In this document: in pieces, positions 9,355 through 18,344 of the stretch
How the letters are laid out: each line of letters starts with the position of its first letter
Position numbering within the stretch: the stretch's first letter is position 1
Assembly: GCA_963727775.1 (NCBI GenBank)
Contig: CAVSHB010000001.1
Span: 1,280,001-1,344,000, forward strand
Length of the DNA stretch: 64,000 bases
From: an uncultured Nitrospiraceae bacterium
GTDB lineage: Bacteria > Nitrospirota > Thermodesulfovibrionia > Thermodesulfovibrionales > SM23-35
Direction of reading: 5' to 3'
Position numbers and translations under genes: made by a program
The notes under the pieces: model-generated
Told to the model about the DNA's origin: nothing
Database searches by the model: none
Seen by the model: only the letters and a program-made list of their open reading frames with translations

Positions 9355-10467
9355 TCATCTCACACCACTCACAACATCCTGCAAAAAATCTTCATATTTT
9401 AAAGCTACCTTATCCCAGATAAAATCCTTTACCCATTCCCTCCCCCTTTGTCCCATCTCTTTTCGTTCATTGTTCGAGACAAGGTCCTTCATGGCTTGCG
9501 CAAGAGATGAAACATCCCCGCTTCTGAACACAACTCCGGTGCCCGCATCTCTGATCACCATAAATTCGGGAATATCACTCGCAATTACAGCCTTCCCGCA
9601 TGCCTTTGCCTCAAGGGTGCAGATGGATTGGACCTCGTGCCTTGAGGGGAAAACGCAAAACAGCGCCTTCCTTATCACTTCAACCTTTCTATCCCCCGAG
9701 ACCCAGCCCGCAAGCTCTATGGATTTTTTCACTTCCTCGGGCAACTTCATGAGTTCGGCCTGAAAGGTGTCCCGGTCCCTACCGTCTCCTGCGATAACCA
9801 GCCTGATATGAGGAAATGCCGCATGGAATTCCCTGTAGGCCTTGACGAGAAGATCCAGTCCCTTTCCATAAATATCGATTCTGCCGATGTAAAGGACATA
9901 CCCGTCTTCTTCCGGCACTGCATCCAGCAATTCACGTGAAACGCCGTTTGAAATAATCTGCACACGCTTCTTTCTTCCTACCTGGAGCTTTCTTGCAGTC
10001 TCCTGGCTTATGAAGATAAAGTTGTCATAAAACCCGGGTCTCAATAATTCCAGCACATAGAGAATCGAGGCATAAAGAGGATTATATTTACTGAAATAGA
10101 GAACTCCCGTGTGTCCCTGAATCTGTAAAATTACCGGCTTTTCTGTAAAGGCGTGCAGGAAGGTCGGGATTGCAGGGGAAAAATCCTCAATGATCACATC
10201 ATATTCGTCTCCATGTCTCTTAACAAACCGCGCGGCGTGACAGGCGTATGAGAGCAGAGTTTTCGTAAAGCTCTTGCTTTCGGTCCCGACAAAAACATGC
10301 TTTAAGCCGTCTTTCTCTCCATCCGCAGCCCCTGGATACTTTTTGCATAAAAGCGTTATATAATGACGGTCTTTCAGGTATTTATAAATCTCATACGCCC
10401 TTATCCCGACTCCACCTATACCAAAATAATCTCCCTCGCTTTCGTAGAGGAGATGAAGTATCTTCAT
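9355..10467 (-). CDS. GT4 family glycosyltransferase (paralogue of 167..1285)
   Basis: Start reassigned to MKILHLLYES (ATG overlapping upstream TGA); YIGRIDIYGKGLDLL, PSRHEVQSICTLEAKACGKAVIASDI. Confidence 0.9.
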   Translation of the reverse strand: MKILHLLYESEGDYFGIGGVGIRAYEIYKYLKDRHYITLLCKKYPGAADGEKDGLKHVFVGTESKSFTKTLLSYACHAARFVKRHGDEYDVIIEDFSPAIPTFLHAFTEKPVILQIQGHTGVLYFSKYNPLYASILYVLELLRPGFYDNFIFISQETARKLQVGRKKRVQIISNGVSRELLDAVPEEDGYVLYIGRIDIYGKGLDLLVKAYREFHAAFPHIRLVIAGDGRDRDTFQAELMKLPEEVKKSIELAGWVSGDRKVEVIRKALFCVFPSRHEVQSICTLEAKACGKAVIASDIPEFMVIRDAGTGVVFRSGDVSSLAQAMKDLVSNNERKEMGQRGREWVKDFIWDKVALKYEDFLQDVVSGVR

Positions 10468-11564
10468 CCCGTTTCCTCCACCGCCCTTTCGCATGACTTA
10501 ATAATGCCTTCTGCTGTTTTCCTCCATGAGAATTTCTTTGCGTTCTTGAATCCTTTATCGACAAGCTCTCTTCGCAATATTTCATCACAAATGACCTTTA
10601 AAATTAATGTGCCCAATACTCCGCTGTCTTCGGGGTCAAAGAGAAGCCCTGCATTTCCCACAACCTCAGGCAGTGAACCGCCGTTAGATGAAATAACAGG
10701 CGTTCCGCAGGCCATGGCTTCCAATGGAGGAATACCAAAACCTTCTCTCAATGAAGGATAGATGAATATATCAGCATAGGAATAAAAAAGCGGGAGTTCT
10801 TCAGCCGGAACATAATCCACATACGTAATCCTCTCGTCGCTCGCCAGGGATCCAGCGGAGAACTGCTGTTTCCCTACTATGACAAGGGAATGCGGTATCT
10901 GGTTCTTTATGCGTAAAAATGCATCTGTGAGGGTCTTCAGATTTTTGTATGGAAAGAGGGTGCCGACAAATAAGAGATAATTTTCCTTAAGACGATACTT
11001 ATCAAAAAAATCTCTTTTCCTCTCTTTGGGCATAGGGGTAAACAAGGTATCGCTATAGGCAAGGGGGACAACATCAATCATGCCCTCTCCGATATTTGTC
11101 GCCATGCACACTTCCTTCTTAATAAACTCGGAAGAGACGATTACCCTTTTTGCAATTCGCCCAAGCAATTTCAGGTAAAACTTCATGCGCGGCGCGGCCA
11201 GCCCAAAGTCCGATGCGAAATGGACAAAGTGAAGATCGTGCAGATGAACCACGAGAGATGTCAGGGGTGTGAAAGGAAACTCCAGAATAGGGCAGTAGAG
11301 GACATCCACCCCTCTGAGCCTGCAGAGCACGGGGAGAATGGTATTGATATAGGCAAGCCGGTACAGGCTGTTCGATAATCTCGCGGAGCCCTTCATTCCC
11401 TCGGGTACCTTAATGACAGAGTCTGATGGTAAATCATTCTGTTCAACAGGAGTGAACATCAACAGCTCTTTGTGGAGTGATATAAAACGCGATACCTCCC
11501 GCGTCAATATTCCTACCCCGGTGGGCTTCTCATTGAGAAAGGTGGCATTGATACCGATCTTCAT
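10464..11564 (-). CDS. GT4 family glycosyltransferase (mannosyltransferase-like)
   Basis: 366 aa; FVGTLFPYKNL, PSLREGFGIPPLEAMACGTPVISS. Confidence 0.9.
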   Translation of the reverse strand: MKIGINATFLNEKPTGVGILTREVSRFISLHKELLMFTPVEQNDLPSDSVIKVPEGMKGSARLSNSLYRLAYINTILPVLCRLRGVDVLYCPILEFPFTPLTSLVVHLHDLHFVHFASDFGLAAPRMKFYLKLLGRIAKRVIVSSEFIKKEVCMATNIGEGMIDVVPLAYSDTLFTPMPKERKRDFFDKYRLKENYLLFVGTLFPYKNLKTLTDAFLRIKNQIPHSLVIVGKQQFSAGSLASDERITYVDYVPAEELPLFYSYADIFIYPSLREGFGIPPLEAMACGTPVISSNGGSLPEVVGNAGLLFDPEDSGVLGTLILKVICDEILRRELVDKGFKNAKKFSWRKTAEGIIKSCERAVEETG

Positions 11565-12685
11565 TTATCCAACGCCTTTGCATACGTCTGGATGGTTAAT
11601 GCTGCAACATTTTCCCAGGAGTATTCGGCTGCTTTCCGCAGACCCTTCTCTCTCAGTTCTGATATCAAAGCTCCGGAAGACAAAACAGTATTGATCTTAC
11701 AAGCAAGATCTTCATAATCTCCGGGATTAAAGAGCACAGCTGAATTACCCGAGATCTCTCTGAGAGGGGGTATATCCGAAATGATAACAGGTATCCCGCA
11801 TGCCATTGCTTCAAGAGGGGGCAGACCAAAACCCTCATAGAGGGAAGGATAAACAAACACCGACGCACCTTTGTAAAGGGAAGAAAGCGTATTTTCATCA
11901 ACGTAGTGAGTAAATATGACCGCTTCTTTAATTCCTAACTCTTCCGGATATGAGATTATTTCATCCGAGAGCCACCCCAAACGTCCTGCAATTATTAATA
12001 CAAGATCATGTTTTCTTCTCACATCATAGAACGCCTTTATTAAAGTCTTCAAGTTCTTTCTCGGCTCTATAGTTCCGACATACAAGAGATAATCTTTTTC
12101 CGTAAATCTCCTCATTCCCGCTGCATGCGGGGCTATTTCGCACACCTTGCACCCTGTCGAAGGGGCTAAAGGAATAACATCAATCTTCTCTTCCGGGACA
12201 TTCAAGAAATGGACAGCCTCATTCTTTATAAACTGCGTATTGACGATTATCCGTCTCACAGCTGAGACATTCTTCGTCACATGTTCTGACGCATAGTCTA
12301 AAAAGTCCTTTGTCAAATATTCAGGACAGCTCATAAATGATAGGTCGTAAAGATTACAGACAGTCACGGCGCTGACTCCGGGCAGCGGATCTATACTTGT
12401 TTCATGGTATATATCAAAATGGGATCTATCTTCTTTTTGAGAAAGAGTGCGGATGAGCGAATTGCCGATATCGGACACGAAGGATGGATACCATTTAGCA
12501 ATGCGCATCCTTATTAGTGACGACGCCCTGCTGAGAAAATTCACTAACGCCCGTGATCTGTCGTCAAGAGTGGGAACAACATCTATTCCTGACTTCAGGA
12601 GCTCTCTGTAAAGGTTGAAGACATAGTAGCCAACACCTGTCTTACCATATAACGTAAGGGGTTTCGTATTGAAGAGGACCCGCAT
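11561..12685 (-). CDS. GT4 family glycosyltransferase (mannosyltransferase-like)
   Basis: 374 aa; YVGTIEPRKNL, PSLYEGFGLPPLEAMACGIPVIISD. Confidence 0.9.
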   Translation of the reverse strand: MRVLFNTKPLTLYGKTGVGYYVFNLYRELLKSGIDVVPTLDDRSRALVNFLSRASSLIRMRIAKWYPSFVSDIGNSLIRTLSQKEDRSHFDIYHETSIDPLPGVSAVTVCNLYDLSFMSCPEYLTKDFLDYASEHVTKNVSAVRRIIVNTQFIKNEAVHFLNVPEEKIDVIPLAPSTGCKVCEIAPHAAGMRRFTEKDYLLYVGTIEPRKNLKTLIKAFYDVRRKHDLVLIIAGRLGWLSDEIISYPEELGIKEAVIFTHYVDENTLSSLYKGASVFVYPSLYEGFGLPPLEAMACGIPVIISDIPPLREISGNSAVLFNPGDYEDLACKINTVLSSGALISELREKGLRKAAEYSWENVAALTIQTYAKALDK

Positions 12686-12728
12686 GGTTACGGTAAAGCG
12701 TCTGTCCTTCCACGGGAATGATCGTGTC

Positions 12729-13754
12729 TCACAATGACTCCCTCACTTTCTTTATATCGCAATCGACCATAATCCTTATCAACTCCGCAAATTTAGTACG
12801 CGGCTGCCAGCCAAGTGTCTCCCTTGCCTTTGAATAATCTCCCACAAGGATATCAACTTCAGCGGGCCTCACAAATTCAGGCGATATTTCGATCAGGGTC
12901 TTACCGCTCTTCCTGTCTCTTCCCTTTTCTTCAATTCCCTTTCCGTACCATAGTATATCAAATCCCGCATAACGAAAAGCAATTTCTATGAATTCCCTGA
13001 CAGAGTGCGTCTCTCCGGTTGCAATGACGTAATCATCGGGTACTGCCTGATTGAGCATAAGCCACATAGCCTCGACATATTCCGGAGCATAGCCCCAATC
13101 TCTTCTGGCATCGAGATTGCCCACTACTATTCTGTCCCGCAGGCTACCGACTATCCTCGCCACGCCGCCGGTTATCTTTCGTGTAACAAACTCAGGCCCT
13201 CTCAGTGGAGATTCGTGATTAAAAAGGATCCCGGAACATCCAAATATGCCGCGCGACTCTCTGTAGTTCACCGTTACCCAATGGCCGAACACTTTGGCTA
13301 CTCCGTACGGGTTTCTCGGATGGAACCGTGTCTTCTCATTCTGTGGTATGGACTGCACCGTGCCGAACATCTCGGATGTGGAGGCCTGGTAGAATTTTAT
13401 CTTCGCGTCCATAATCCTTATGGCCTCAAGCAGTCTCAGGACTCCCAGTCCGTCTATCTCCGAGATGAGAATGGGTTGCTGAAAAGATGTTTGAACGAAA
13501 CTCTGAGCTGCAAGGTTATATACTTCATGCGGCCTTATTTTTTCCAGTGTTTCCATTATATTACTAAGTTCCAAAAGATCCATATAGAGAATATGTACTT
13601 CCTTCTCAATGCCTAATTCCTTCAGCCTCCAGAAGTCCTGTTCCCCACCCCTCCTGTCCGTGCCGTAAACCTCGTATCCCTTTTCAAGAAGGAGCCTTGC
13701 CAGATATGACCCGTCTTGTCCCCTAATACCTGTAATGAGGGCTCTTTTCATCAT
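12729..13754 (-). CDS. gmd: GDP-mannose 4,6-dehydratase
   Basis: 341 aa; ALITGIRGQDGSYL, YNLAAQSFV, FYQASTSEMFG, PYGVAK, LFNHESPLRG, RDWGYA. Confidence 0.95.
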   Translation of the reverse strand: MMKRALITGIRGQDGSYLARLLLEKGYEVYGTDRRGGEQDFWRLKELGIEKEVHILYMDLLELSNIMETLEKIRPHEVYNLAAQSFVQTSFQQPILISEIDGLGVLRLLEAIRIMDAKIKFYQASTSEMFGTVQSIPQNEKTRFHPRNPYGVAKVFGHWVTVNYRESRGIFGCSGILFNHESPLRGPEFVTRKITGGVARIVGSLRDRIVVGNLDARRDWGYAPEYVEAMWLMLNQAVPDDYVIATGETHSVREFIEIAFRYAGFDILWYGKGIEEKGRDRKSGKTLIEISPEFVRPAEVDILVGDYSKARETLGWQPRTKFAELIRIMVDCDIKKVRESL

Positions 13755-13824
13755 TTCCCGCTTTATAATTCAGTCAACTGTGTTGAAGAGAATCTTTTCC
13801 CTTGCCTCATGGAACCCATAAATA

Positions 13825-14715
13825 TCACCGCTTTAGATTTCCGAATAGCCATTTCTTAAAGAATATGGTGAAATATCTGTATCCCCAGCGCACTCCAAAA
13901 ATTCTGGTAATATAAAATATTCTCACTAACGCTTTTGTCATCACATTAGCGTTTTTAAGGCTTGTCATTTTCTCCTCTGCTGTTCCGATCATGTATGCAA
14001 CCATCCAGAAAGATGGGACAGAACCAAAATATTTCTTGGCTGTTTCCATCGCCTCCTTGTAATGAATCTCTCTGAGTTTAGCCGATTTACTCTCACTGTG
14101 GTTCCTGGCATTTGCAAGGAATTTCTCCTTCAGATAAGCTATGGCTGTCTCCGGGTAAGATTGGCCGACGCGTATCCAGTACTCGTAATCCATACAGGTC
14201 CGGAGCTTGATGTCAAGCAGACCAATTTTCCCGAAGACCTCTCTTTTGATGAATACTGTAGGTTGGCTCAAAAAGCATCTTTCCGCAAGTTGCTTGAGTC
14301 TGAAGCGCTCCGAAGGATAGTTTCCCGTAACGTTTCCATCTTCATCAATAAAGTGAGCGTTTCCATATACCATAATGATTTCAGGATTCCTCAGAAAATG
14401 TTCTACTACCGTGCTCACCGCCCCGGGGGTATAGGTATCATCAGAATTCAACCAGCCCAATATCTCCCCTTTCGCCCTTAAAAAACCTTTGTTGACGGCA
14501 TCCGCCTGGCCGAGATCCGGCTCAGACTTCCATTGCATCCTGTCTTCGTATTTCTTGAGAATCTCAACGGTGCCGTCCGTAGAGCTTCCGTCTATTACAA
14601 TATATTCCAGATGAGGATAGTCCTGCGAAAGGACACTCTTTATCGTCTCCTCGATAAACTTCCCCTGATTGAACGAAGGGGTAACGATGCTTACAAGAGG
14701 TTTTTCCATAATCAA
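13825..14715 (-). CDS. GT2 family glycosyltransferase
   Basis: 296 aa; VSIVTPSFNQ, IDGSSTDGT, GQADAVNKG, WLNSDD, MDYEYW. Confidence 0.9.
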   Translation of the reverse strand: MIMEKPLVSIVTPSFNQGKFIEETIKSVLSQDYPHLEYIVIDGSSTDGTVEILKKYEDRMQWKSEPDLGQADAVNKGFLRAKGEILGWLNSDDTYTPGAVSTVVEHFLRNPEIIMVYGNAHFIDEDGNVTGNYPSERFRLKQLAERCFLSQPTVFIKREVFGKIGLLDIKLRTCMDYEYWIRVGQSYPETAIAYLKEKFLANARNHSESKSAKLREIHYKEAMETAKKYFGSVPSFWMVAYMIGTAEEKMTSLKNANVMTKALVRIFYITRIFGVRWGYRYFTIFFKKWLFGNLKR

Positions 14716-16301
14716 CGGTCAGCAGGACAACTTGATTCTTTCCTAAACGTCTTATCATAAATGTCACCAATGTCATCAGTCCTTTGGGCAACAATCAAAA
14801 AATTGTAAGCGAACAGGGAAGGAAGAATTTTTGCTAAAAAGTAAGAAATGGCTTCAATGCAGCGGCAAAAAGTATTCCTTGATATCAGATCGACGATTGG
14901 CGGACCAAAAAACTTTGCTTCTTTTATAACAAAACCATTTTGGGTCAATAACTTCCTGAAAGAGTAAATTGTAAATAATCTCTTATGCGTTAAATCGAGT
15001 ATCCCACGCTTTCCATAATTAAAATGCCCGAAGAACAAGCTCATCCGCGTAATTATATACCCTACGTTTGCAGTGCTCGCAAACAGATACCCCCCTGCTT
15101 TGATTGTGAGGAATATTTTTCTCAGCCCCTCGGCTGCATCATTCAAATGTTCTATTAAATCCAACGCGATAACAGCATCATATTTTTCCCTGCCCAGAAT
15201 CTTCACAAAGTCATCGTCTAAATTAAACTGAAGCGGCTCGGCTTTTCCTGCTCCATGAGGAAAAATCTTGTCTACCGCCGTGACCTTTCTGACCTTTTCT
15301 GCTAAACGTGCGCTCAACTCCCCCCGATTCGCACCTAATTCGCAGATCTCAAAATTGTGGTCCCAATCCCTTTTTATCATATGTTGATGGAGAGAGCGGG
15401 GAGAAGACTTAAAATAGTAATTATCGACTTCAAAAAGCTTAAAATCAAAGTTTGGCTCATAGAATAGTCCTATCTGTACCAACCTGTATTTGATAACCGA
15501 TTTAATACAATTCTTCGCATACTTCAGACCATTCACATGACATGTCTCTCTACCGTAGAAGGTTGGGATAGGCACTTCAAACACCTTTTTCTTAAGAGCT
15601 AACAGTTGAATTATAATTTCTGTATCGAAATGAAAGTCATCACTGTTGTAAACGAACGGCAGATTTTTCAGCGCTTCTATTCTGTAAGCGCGATATCCCG
15701 AATGAAATTCCGATAGCGAAGTATTAAGGATCAAGTTTTCAAATGCAGTCAAAATCCTATTGCCCGCCCACTTATAAAGAGGCATTCCGCCCTTGAGAGC
15801 GTCTCTTTTCCTGAGCATACGAGAGCCGAACACGGCATCTGCACTGTCATTCTCAAATGCGTTGACCACCCGTGCAAGACATTCAGGGGCATATTGGCCG
15901 TCCCCGTGTAATAAAATCACAACATCAAAATTCTTTTTTATGCTATAGAGATAGCCAAGCTTCTGATTTCCGCCATATCCCCGATTAAAGGGCGTTCTCA
16001 AAACATTCAAGTTATTATATCCCAGCTTCTTCCCTGATTGATAAGCGATATCAAAAGTCGAATCCCTCGATGAATCGTCAATGATGAATATCTCTGCAAA
16101 TTTATCCCGCATTTCTCTTGGAATCCGATTCAATACATTAAAAATATGCTTTTCGGCATTATAGGTGACAATGAAAACAGCGCACCTCATTTTTCCCAGC
16201 AGCTTTATAGATTTTTCAAGCTCTTTTTCATCGACAGAGAAGGTTAGGAGAGGGTTCTTGCAGCTTTTCATTTTCTCATAACGATTAATTCTTTCTTCCA
16301 T
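14712..16301 (-). CDS. DPM1-like GT2 glycosyltransferase fused to a class I methyltransferase domain
   Basis: 529 aa; NRGYGGNQKLGY, LHGDGQY, SEFHSGYRAY, DFHFDTEII; C-terminal ELGANRG, DLIEHL, GILDLTHKRLFT. Confidence 0.85.
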   Translation of the reverse strand: MEERINRYEKMKSCKNPLLTFSVDEKELEKSIKLLGKMRCAVFIVTYNAEKHIFNVLNRIPREMRDKFAEIFIIDDSSRDSTFDIAYQSGKKLGYNNLNVLRTPFNRGYGGNQKLGYLYSIKKNFDVVILLHGDGQYAPECLARVVNAFENDSADAVFGSRMLRKRDALKGGMPLYKWAGNRILTAFENLILNTSLSEFHSGYRAYRIEALKNLPFVYNSDDFHFDTEIIIQLLALKKKVFEVPIPTFYGRETCHVNGLKYAKNCIKSVIKYRLVQIGLFYEPNFDFKLFEVDNYYFKSSPRSLHQHMIKRDWDHNFEICELGANRGELSARLAEKVRKVTAVDKIFPHGAGKAEPLQFNLDDDFVKILGREKYDAVIALDLIEHLNDAAEGLRKIFLTIKAGGYLFASTANVGYIITRMSLFFGHFNYGKRGILDLTHKRLFTIYSFRKLLTQNGFVIKEAKFFGPPIVDLISRNTFCRCIEAISYFLAKILPSLFAYNFLIVAQRTDDIGDIYDKTFRKESSCPADR

Positions 16302-16482
16302 TGTTTTTTCTTTTCATTATAAACTATTATACCAAGGTCGGAGTATAAAGTTTTCTTCGTATCGGGTCTAATGGCCTATAGATATTGAGAAGTTAAACTG
16401 AGCGGTTCAGCCTTTCTGATGTCGGGCAGCCTTGAGATTTTATGAATGGAAAACCGACTTCTTTAATCTCCAGGGTCAGGAT

Positions 16483-18330
16483 ATGTCATTCATCAAAGAA
16501 TTAAGGAAAATAACAAGTCAATCATGGTTTTCCTATTTGACCCTTTTCTTACTGCAGGCGAAGGTCCTCTGGGGTATATGGGAATATAAAGATATTGCAA
16601 ACGGAGACACTTCGAGTTACTTTCGATTCGCCTATCAATGGTTTCAAAATTATACGGTCAATATTGCCTGGTCGCCTCTTTATACGGCGTTCTATGGAAC
16701 TCTTTTGCATGTTTCGACCGATCCATTCACCGTAACGATTCTTCACCGCATCATTATAGTCTTTGCGATAACTCTAATGGTTTTGGCGTTGATGAGACAG
16801 TTGCTTCCTCACTCGGTAGCATGGATCGTGAGCGCATGGTGGGCTATTTTGCCCATCCATTTTGACTCGTTGTATGAGGTCCATCTCTTTGCAGTCATTG
16901 CGCCCTTGGCCGCATGTCTATTAGCTGCTTATAAACCGACTGCTTGGGCGCGAGGCTGTGCGCTCGCGATTATCGCCTGTTCATCTTTCTTGATTCGAAA
17001 TGAGCTTGTCGTGGCAGCTGCCGTCCTGGCTTTGCTCTATTTTTTGTGGGAGATAAGGCTCGTAAAGACCGCCAAGCTGGAAAATAGGGTAATACCACCA
17101 TTGAGACATTATCTGTATAGCTATATCATTCCTTTACTCTTGGCCGCTTTTGTTGTCATCTTTTTTTACTGGCGATCTGACGTTAAATATCCGCAGTTAA
17201 AGGATGTGTTTACCGATAAGCACACTCTGAATATGTGTCAGGTTTATGCATTTGGATACCAGCAGCGGCATCCGGAGTGGACAAAGAGTCCGTGGTTGGA
17301 ATGCCAGGAATTGATCCAGCAGCATTTTGGCTCGCCTCAGTTGTCGTTATCTGAAATGATCCTAAAAAACCCAAAAGCGGTGCTCGAAAATATGTTCTGG
17401 AATATCCGCTTGACGCCATATGGCCTGCAGGTATTGTTGTTCAATGTCACGTCCGGTTCGGCGAATCCGGATTACGCGCCAGTATTCAAATCTAACATGG
17501 CATTACTTTTCAGTTTTGTTATAGTAATACTTTTGGTCGGCGGAATAATTCTGTTTTACCGGGAAAAATCTTTCTGGTGGAATTACTGGCTAAAATCACG
17601 TTTTGTAGGATGGATGACTCTCGCCTCTCTTGCCGCAGTCTCTCCATTCATTATTCTGAGCCAGAGGCCCAGGCCATCATACCTTTTCACGACCGGCATT
17701 TTCCTGATGTCAGGCGTGGGTCTGTGCACTTTTATTGCTTTCCATCAATTATCCTTGTCAAAACGCCTATCGACCGCTATCTCTATGTTGTCAAAACGTC
17801 TATCGACTTTTGTCCCTATAATTTTGATTGCTCTATTCATTCTCATTCCAAGCTATTATCCCTACGTCAACAAAGCTAAATCTCGTCCCTTGCTCGAACT
17901 ATACCAAAGACTCGTGCCGTACAAGGAAGTGATTACGGAGCCTGAGGTTGTATTTATGGTGAATGGTTTCCCTTTTGAACTTCAGTCATATTTAGTAGCT
18001 ACGAAAGCTAAGCCCTTCGTATGGTATCGATTGGTCGATCAAATGCCGTCGACCTTACCATGTTTGGTCGATTTCGCGGAGATTTCCTTGCTCCAAATCC
18101 CAAAGAGTGCAGATAGTTGGAACATGCCGATAAATGAATATTTTGATAAGATAGGTGTGAATCTAATTTATATTGATAATAATCTCTGGACAACTCTGGA
18201 TAATCAGAGAATAAATCAGAAATTTATTAGAACACCTGAGTCAGTGGGATGGAAGATCATTGCTTATCAAAATATGTATTCAAACAAATGGATGTTGCTT
18301 CAGAGAATCAATAATGACAAAGCCCCATGA
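16483..18330 (+). CDS. Polytopic membrane protein, possible GT-C (polyprenol-phosphate-sugar-dependent) glycosyltransferase
   Basis: Multiple hydrophobic helices; acidic GDTSSY motif in the first loop; the only plus-strand gene inside the glycan cluster; start assigned to MSFIKEL. Confidence 0.55.
   Translation: MSFIKELRKITSQSWFSYLTLFLLQAKVLWGIWEYKDIANGDTSSYFRFAYQWFQNYTVNIAWSPLYTAFYGTLLHVSTDPFTVTILHRIIIVFAITLMVLALMRQLLPHSVAWIVSAWWAILPIHFDSLYEVHLFAVIAPLAACLLAAYKPTAWARGCALAIIACSSFLIRNELVVAAAVLALLYFLWEIRLVKTAKLENRVIPPLRHYLYSYIIPLLLAAFVVIFFYWRSDVKYPQLKDVFTDKHTLNMCQVYAFGYQQRHPEWTKSPWLECQELIQQHFGSPQLSLSEMILKNPKAVLENMFWNIRLTPYGLQVLLFNVTSGSANPDYAPVFKSNMALLFSFVIVILLVGGIILFYREKSFWWNYWLKSRFVGWMTLASLAAVSPFIILSQRPRPSYLFTTGIFLMSGVGLCTFIAFHQLSLSKRLSTAISMLSKRLSTFVPIILIALFILIPSYYPYVNKAKSRPLLELYQRLVPYKEVITEPEVVFMVNGFPFELQSYLVATKAKPFVWYRLVDQMPSTLPCLVDFAEISLLQIPKSADSWNMPINEYFDKIGVNLIYIDNNLWTTLDNQRINQKFIRTPESVGWKIIAYQNMYSNKWMLLQRINNDKAP
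17755..17820 (+). repeat. Imperfect 33-bp in-frame tandem duplication
   Basis: ttgtcaaaacgcctatcgaccgctatctctatg / ttgtcaaaacgtctatcgacttttgtccctata encoding LSKRLSTAISM / LSKRLSTFVPI. Confidence 0.8.
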
Positions 18331-18344
18331 TTTCCCTAATCCAA

